In this document: piece after piece, positions 25,616 through 64,000 of the stretch
How the letters are laid out: the number at the start of each line of letters is the position of its first letter
How positions within the stretch are numbered: position 1 is the stretch's first letter
Assembly: GCF_006345805.1 (NCBI RefSeq)
Contig: NC_043004.1
Location: forward strand, 50,406,001-50,470,000
Length of the DNA stretch: 64,000 nucleotides
Reading direction: 5' to 3'
Source: Octopus sinensis
Taxonomy: Eukaryota
Translations under genes and position numbers: made by a program
Notes under the pieces: generated by a model
Databases searched by the model: none
Told to the model about the DNA's origin: nothing
Seen by the model: only the letters and a program-made list of their open reading frames with translations

Positions 25616-25818
25616 ATTCTTTTACTTGTTTCAGTCATTTGACTGCGGCCATGCTGGAGCACTGCCTCTAGTCGAGCAAATCGACCCCGGGACTTATTCT
25701 TTTGTAAGCCCAGTACTTATTCTATCGGTCTCTTCTGCCGAACAGCTAAGTCACGGGGACATAAACACACCAGCATCGGTTGTCAAGCAATGCTAGGGGG
25801 ACAAACACAGACACACAA

Positions 25819-25851
<33 letters not shown>

Positions 25852-25985
25852 CGACAGGCTTCTTTCAGTTTCCGTCTACCAAATCCACTCACAAGGCATT
25901 GGTCGGCCCGGGGCTATAGCAGAAGACACTTGCCCAGGATGCCACGCAGTGGGACTGAACCCGGAACCATGTGGTTGGTTAGCAA
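25616..25985 (-). mobile_element. SINE family A
   Basis: Same architecture; head partly truncated. Confidence 0.8.
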
Positions 25986-26389
25986 AAGAAGCATTCCCGT
26001 TTTCATTTGTGGCTGTGTGGTAAGAAGTCTGCTTCATAATTACATGGTTCTGGGTTCAGTCTCACTGTGTGGCATCTTGGGAAAGTGTCTTCTGCAATAG
26101 CCTGAGGCTGACAAAGCCTTGTGAGTGGATTTGGTTGACAGAAACTGAAAGAAGCCCATCACGTGTGTGTGTGTGTGTGTGTGTGTGTTTGTGTCTGTGT
26201 TTGTCCCCCCCACCTCTACTTGATAACAGGCGTTGGTGTGTTTACATCCCTGTAACTTAACAGCTCAGCAAAAGGCCCGACAGGATAAGTACTAGGCTTA
26301 AACAGAAAATAAGCACTAGGGCCAATTAGTTCAATTAAAATTCCTCATGGCAGTACCCCAGCATGGTCCTGACTGTATTACATAATGGT

Positions 26390-26700
26390 AATGGCAGCAG
26401 TGGTGGTGGTGCTGGTGGTGGTGAGTGCACAAGTAATGGCAGCAGTGGTAGTAAACCATGTACAGTTAGTATTCATGGTCTCAGCATACATATATAATGG
26501 TAGTGGTGATGATGATTGTTGTAATGTTGATGATGGTGATGATGTTAGTGATGGTGGTGGTGGTGGAGGATGTGATGATAGTGGTTCTGGTAAATGTTGT
26601 TGGTGGTGGCGGTGGTAGTGGTAGTGGTGGTGGCGGTGGTGGTGGTAGTGGTAGTGGTGGTGGTGGTGGTGGTGGTAATTGCAGTGGTGTTAGTGGTGGG
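26390..26700. repeat. (GGT)n/(GAT)n low-complexity tract just upstream of coding exon 1
   Basis: Direct inspection. Confidence 0.9.
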
Positions 26701-26774
26701 TATGGATCTAATTTAGTTCTACTTTTTCACATTTTTCTCTTTTCTTTCTTTCATTTCAGCCAAGATATAGCAGA

Positions 26775-62658
<35,884 letters not shown>

Positions 62659-62849
62659 GTATGAGTTATTTCTCATATTATACATTTTTTTTCTTAGTCG
62701 ATATATATATAGCTATCCTTGTTACTAGTAGTTTTGAACTCCCAACAAAAAGACCACAAATCCATATAATGTTGTCAGAACTGTGCTATGTCTAAGATAT
62801 ATACATTTTGTTATTAAGTGACTGGGTACTCTTTGCAGTAAGTGATACA

Positions 62850-64000
62850 GTCCATATAAAATACGTTGAAGGACCATGTGAAGATACAGTCCATCTAGCT
62901 GTAAATAGATACCATGTGGAGGTGCAATCCACCTAGCTATAACTAGGTATAAAGTGGAGACATGATACAACTAGCTGTGATTATGTACCCTGTTGAGGTA
63001 CCATGTCGAGGTTCAGCCCATCTAACTGTAAATCTGAAGCACTCCATCGGTTACGATGATGAGGGTTCCGGTTGATCCGATCAACGGAACAGCCTGCTCG
63101 TGAAATTAACGTGCAAGTGGCTGAGCACTCCACAGACACGTGTACCCTTAACGTAGTTCTCGGGGATATTCAGCGTGACACAGAGAGTGACAAGGCCGGC
63201 CCTTTGAAATACAGGTACAACAGAAACAGGAAGTAAGAGTGAGAGAAAGTTGTGGTGAAAGAGTACAGCAGGGATCACCACCATCCCTGCCGGAGCCTCG
63301 TGGAGCTTTAGGTGTTTTCGCTCAATAAACACTCACAACGCCCGGTCTGGGAATCGAAACCGTGATCCTACGACTGCAAGTCTGCTGCCCTAACCACTGG
63401 ACCATTGCGCCTCCACAACTGTAAATAAGTACATCTGAAGATATAGTTTACATAGCTGTAAAAAGGCATCATGTTAGGAGATAGTCTCCAGAGAATCTGT
63501 AAATAGGTACTGTATATGTGAAGGAACGTGGTTTAGTGGTTAGAGTATTTAGCTCACAATTGTAAGGTCATCAGTTCGATACCCAGTACCACGTTGTGTC
63601 CTTGAGTAAGACATTTTATTTTACATTGCTCCAGTTTACTCAGCTGAAAAAAGCAAGCGCTACCTGTATTTCAAAGGGCCAACCTTGTCATGACTCTCCC
63701 AGGCATGTGTATCTGTGAAGTGCTCAGCCACTTGCATGTTTATTTCATGAGCTAACTGTTCTGTTGATCACATCAACTGGAACTCTCATCTTCATAACCA
63801 AAGGAGTGCCAGTAAAATAAAGGTACTGCATGGAGTTACTATCCACCTAAATGTAAATAAGCTACCATGTGGAAATACAGTTCACCTAGTTGTAAATAGA
63901 TATCTTGTGAAGGTAGAGTCCACCTGGTTGTAATAGGTATCATGTGGATGTATATTCCACCTAGCTTTAAATAGATCCATGTGACAGAACTGTCCACCTA
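62850..64000. repeat. Degenerate ~35-bp minisatellite interrupted by SINE D copies
   Basis: Recurrent ccatgtgga..tacagtccacctagctgtaaatagata. Confidence 0.7.
63040..63416 (-). mobile_element. tRNA-derived SINE family D
   Basis: Head ggaggcgcaatggtccagtggttagggcagc...ggtttcgattccc (A/B boxes). Relatives at 5243-5570, 37950-38195, 59221-59572, 60157-60505 and 63515-63790. Confidence 0.75.

Noticed and set aside
62850-64000. CRISPR-like ~35-bp periodicity
   Set aside because: Eukaryotic intron, degenerate contiguous units without unique spacers, and no cas genes.

Overview
AT-rich, microsatellite-dense eukaryotic (not prokaryotic) DNA. It is most likely octopus/cephalopod, inferred from the SINE families and the (TA)n/(CA)n density. 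One host gene is visible on the + strand: a choline transporter-like protein (SLC44A1/CTL1 type). Twelve GT-AG coding exons (26775-62658) splice into one open frame of 1539 nt (513 codons) that continues beyond the window. Almost all other ORFs in the track are microsatellite or repeat artefacts. The rest of the window is mobile DNA: a near full-length Tx1/L1-clade LINE in intron 9; a full-length mariner with two frameshifts; a 5'-truncated Penelope-like element (PLE); CR1 and R4/Dong 3' fragments; piggyBac-type, Merlin-type and Helitron-type non-autonomous elements; and at least four SINE-type families. The most interesting signals are: (1) several type I hammerhead-ribozyme folds in PLE-type repeats, including a core-variant family and a palindrome with a hammerhead on each strand; (2) a SINE whose 3' tail and stem-loop match the 3' end of the Tx1 LINE; (3) a long-TIR element carrying a telomere-like array; (4) a chimeric tandem-unit retroelement present twice in opposite orientation; (5) many intronic fold-backs that could form dsRNA. 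All of this was read by eye; no searches or folding programs were run.
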